DNA of 64,000 nucleotides from an uncultured Thermococci archaeon (GTDB lineage Archaea; Methanobacteriota_B; Thermococci; Methanofastidiosales; Methanofastidiosaceae), in contig CAZUMN010000003.1 of NCBI GenBank assembly GCA_964621955.1, positions 175 through 64,174 of the forward strand. Reading direction: 5' to 3'. Each line of letters opens with the position of its first letter. Positions within the stretch are counted from its first letter, which is position 1. This document shows, piece after piece, positions 63,424 through 64,000 of this stretch. The notes under the pieces were generated by a model, which made no database searches, was not told where the DNA came from, and saw only the letters and a program-made list of their open reading frames with translations. The position numbers were made by a program, and so were the translations under genes.

Positions 63424-64000
63424 CTAACATACAGAACAACATATTTCTTTTACAATTATATTGGACTCATTTCTTATAAGTTTAATCATGTTTTTTGTTG
63501 GATTTACAATGTTGTCAAAGAGAAGGGCAGTTTCATCCAACTCTTTTATTCTTGGGCGCATACATCCCAAGGATAATTTTGCATCGGGAAAAGAATTTCT
63601 TGTATAAAAAAAGAAATCTTTTATTGATTGAATGTCATAATCAAAGCTGTTTATTTTCTCAAGTTCATTTTTAATTAGTACCAATAAAGTTAGATTTTTT
63701 ATTGGATATTCTTTCAATATCTCAACTGCATTGTATTCGCCCACGACCTTCCCATAGTCAAGGCCAACGCATATGTGAGGGATAACATTAACACCTTCTT
63801 CTATTAAAAATCTTACAGTGTTTTCATAATCAGAAACCTTGAAAGGTATCTTAAGTATTCTTTCTATTGTATCGTTACTTCCAACAAAATCAATAGATAC
63901 CGCATCAATTCCGCTTTTCTTTATTTCTTTTGCATCTTCTCTTGTCAGAAATCCAGAATGTAAATTAATTATAAGATTGGTATCCTTTTTTATTTTCTTA
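63424..64000 (-). CDS. Radical-SAM/TIM-barrel-like protein, C-terminal part (N-terminus lies beyond the window)
   Basis: The minus-strand frame is open to the window edge: ...LHSGFLTREDAKEIKKSGIDAVSIDFVGSNDTIERILKIPFKVSDYENTVRFLIEEGVNVIPHICVGLDYGKVVGEYNAVEILKEY...KEICCSVC. The M of the listed ORF is an internal GTG. Confidence 0.35.
   Translation of the reverse strand, partial: KKIKKDTNLIINLHSGFLTREDAKEIKKSGIDAVSIDFVGSNDTIERILKIPFKVSDYENTVRFLIEEGVNVIPHICVGLDYGKVVGEYNAVEILKEYPIKNLTLLVLIKNELEKINSFDYDIQSIKDFFFYTRNSFPDAKLSLGCMRPRIKELDETALLFDNIVNPTKNMIKLIRNESNIIVKEICCSVC

Overview
Low-GC (roughly one-third G+C by eye) archaeal chromosome segment from a methanogen-type genome. It opens with the 3' end of mcrA and runs into the conserved archaeal transcription/translation super-operon. 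The order is MFS transporter, tfs, an L13e-like gene with a lysine-rich tail, tRNA-Asp, tRNA-Lys, rpoH, an unsplit rpoB, rpoA', rpoA'', rpl30e, nusA, rps12, rps7, EF-2, EF-1alpha and rps10. Downstream lies a more accessory stretch with many small secreted proteins, two GNAT acetyltransferases flanking tRNA-Ser, azlCD, two tandem flavodoxin-like paralogs divergent from an ABC-2 transporter, and three paralogous GAF/PAS sensor proteins (two histidine kinases and one kinase-less member). It also holds a complete Type I restriction-modification operon (hsdR-hsdS-hsdM) with a convergent single-repeat TBP-like ORF, and a pair of higher-GC genes (amidohydrolase plus heme catalase) that look horizontally acquired. 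Further genes are an SDR, a small GTPase, RbkR-type riboflavin kinase, pyrH, trm5, RNase Z, a secreted cadherin-like/C-type-lectin-like protein, a cysteine-rich lipoprotein, a vitamin-salvage cluster (ThiT-like ECF S component, thiamine pyrophosphokinase, a MoeB/ThiF/UbaA-like E1 with no recognisable start codon, NMNAT), prefoldin beta, a DHH phosphoesterase, taw1, SepRS, thioredoxin, a wHTH regulator and a partial radical-SAM-like gene at the window edge. No CRISPR array, rRNA, integrase or transposase was seen. All calls come from reading the ORF translations and the DNA by eye; no database search was run.
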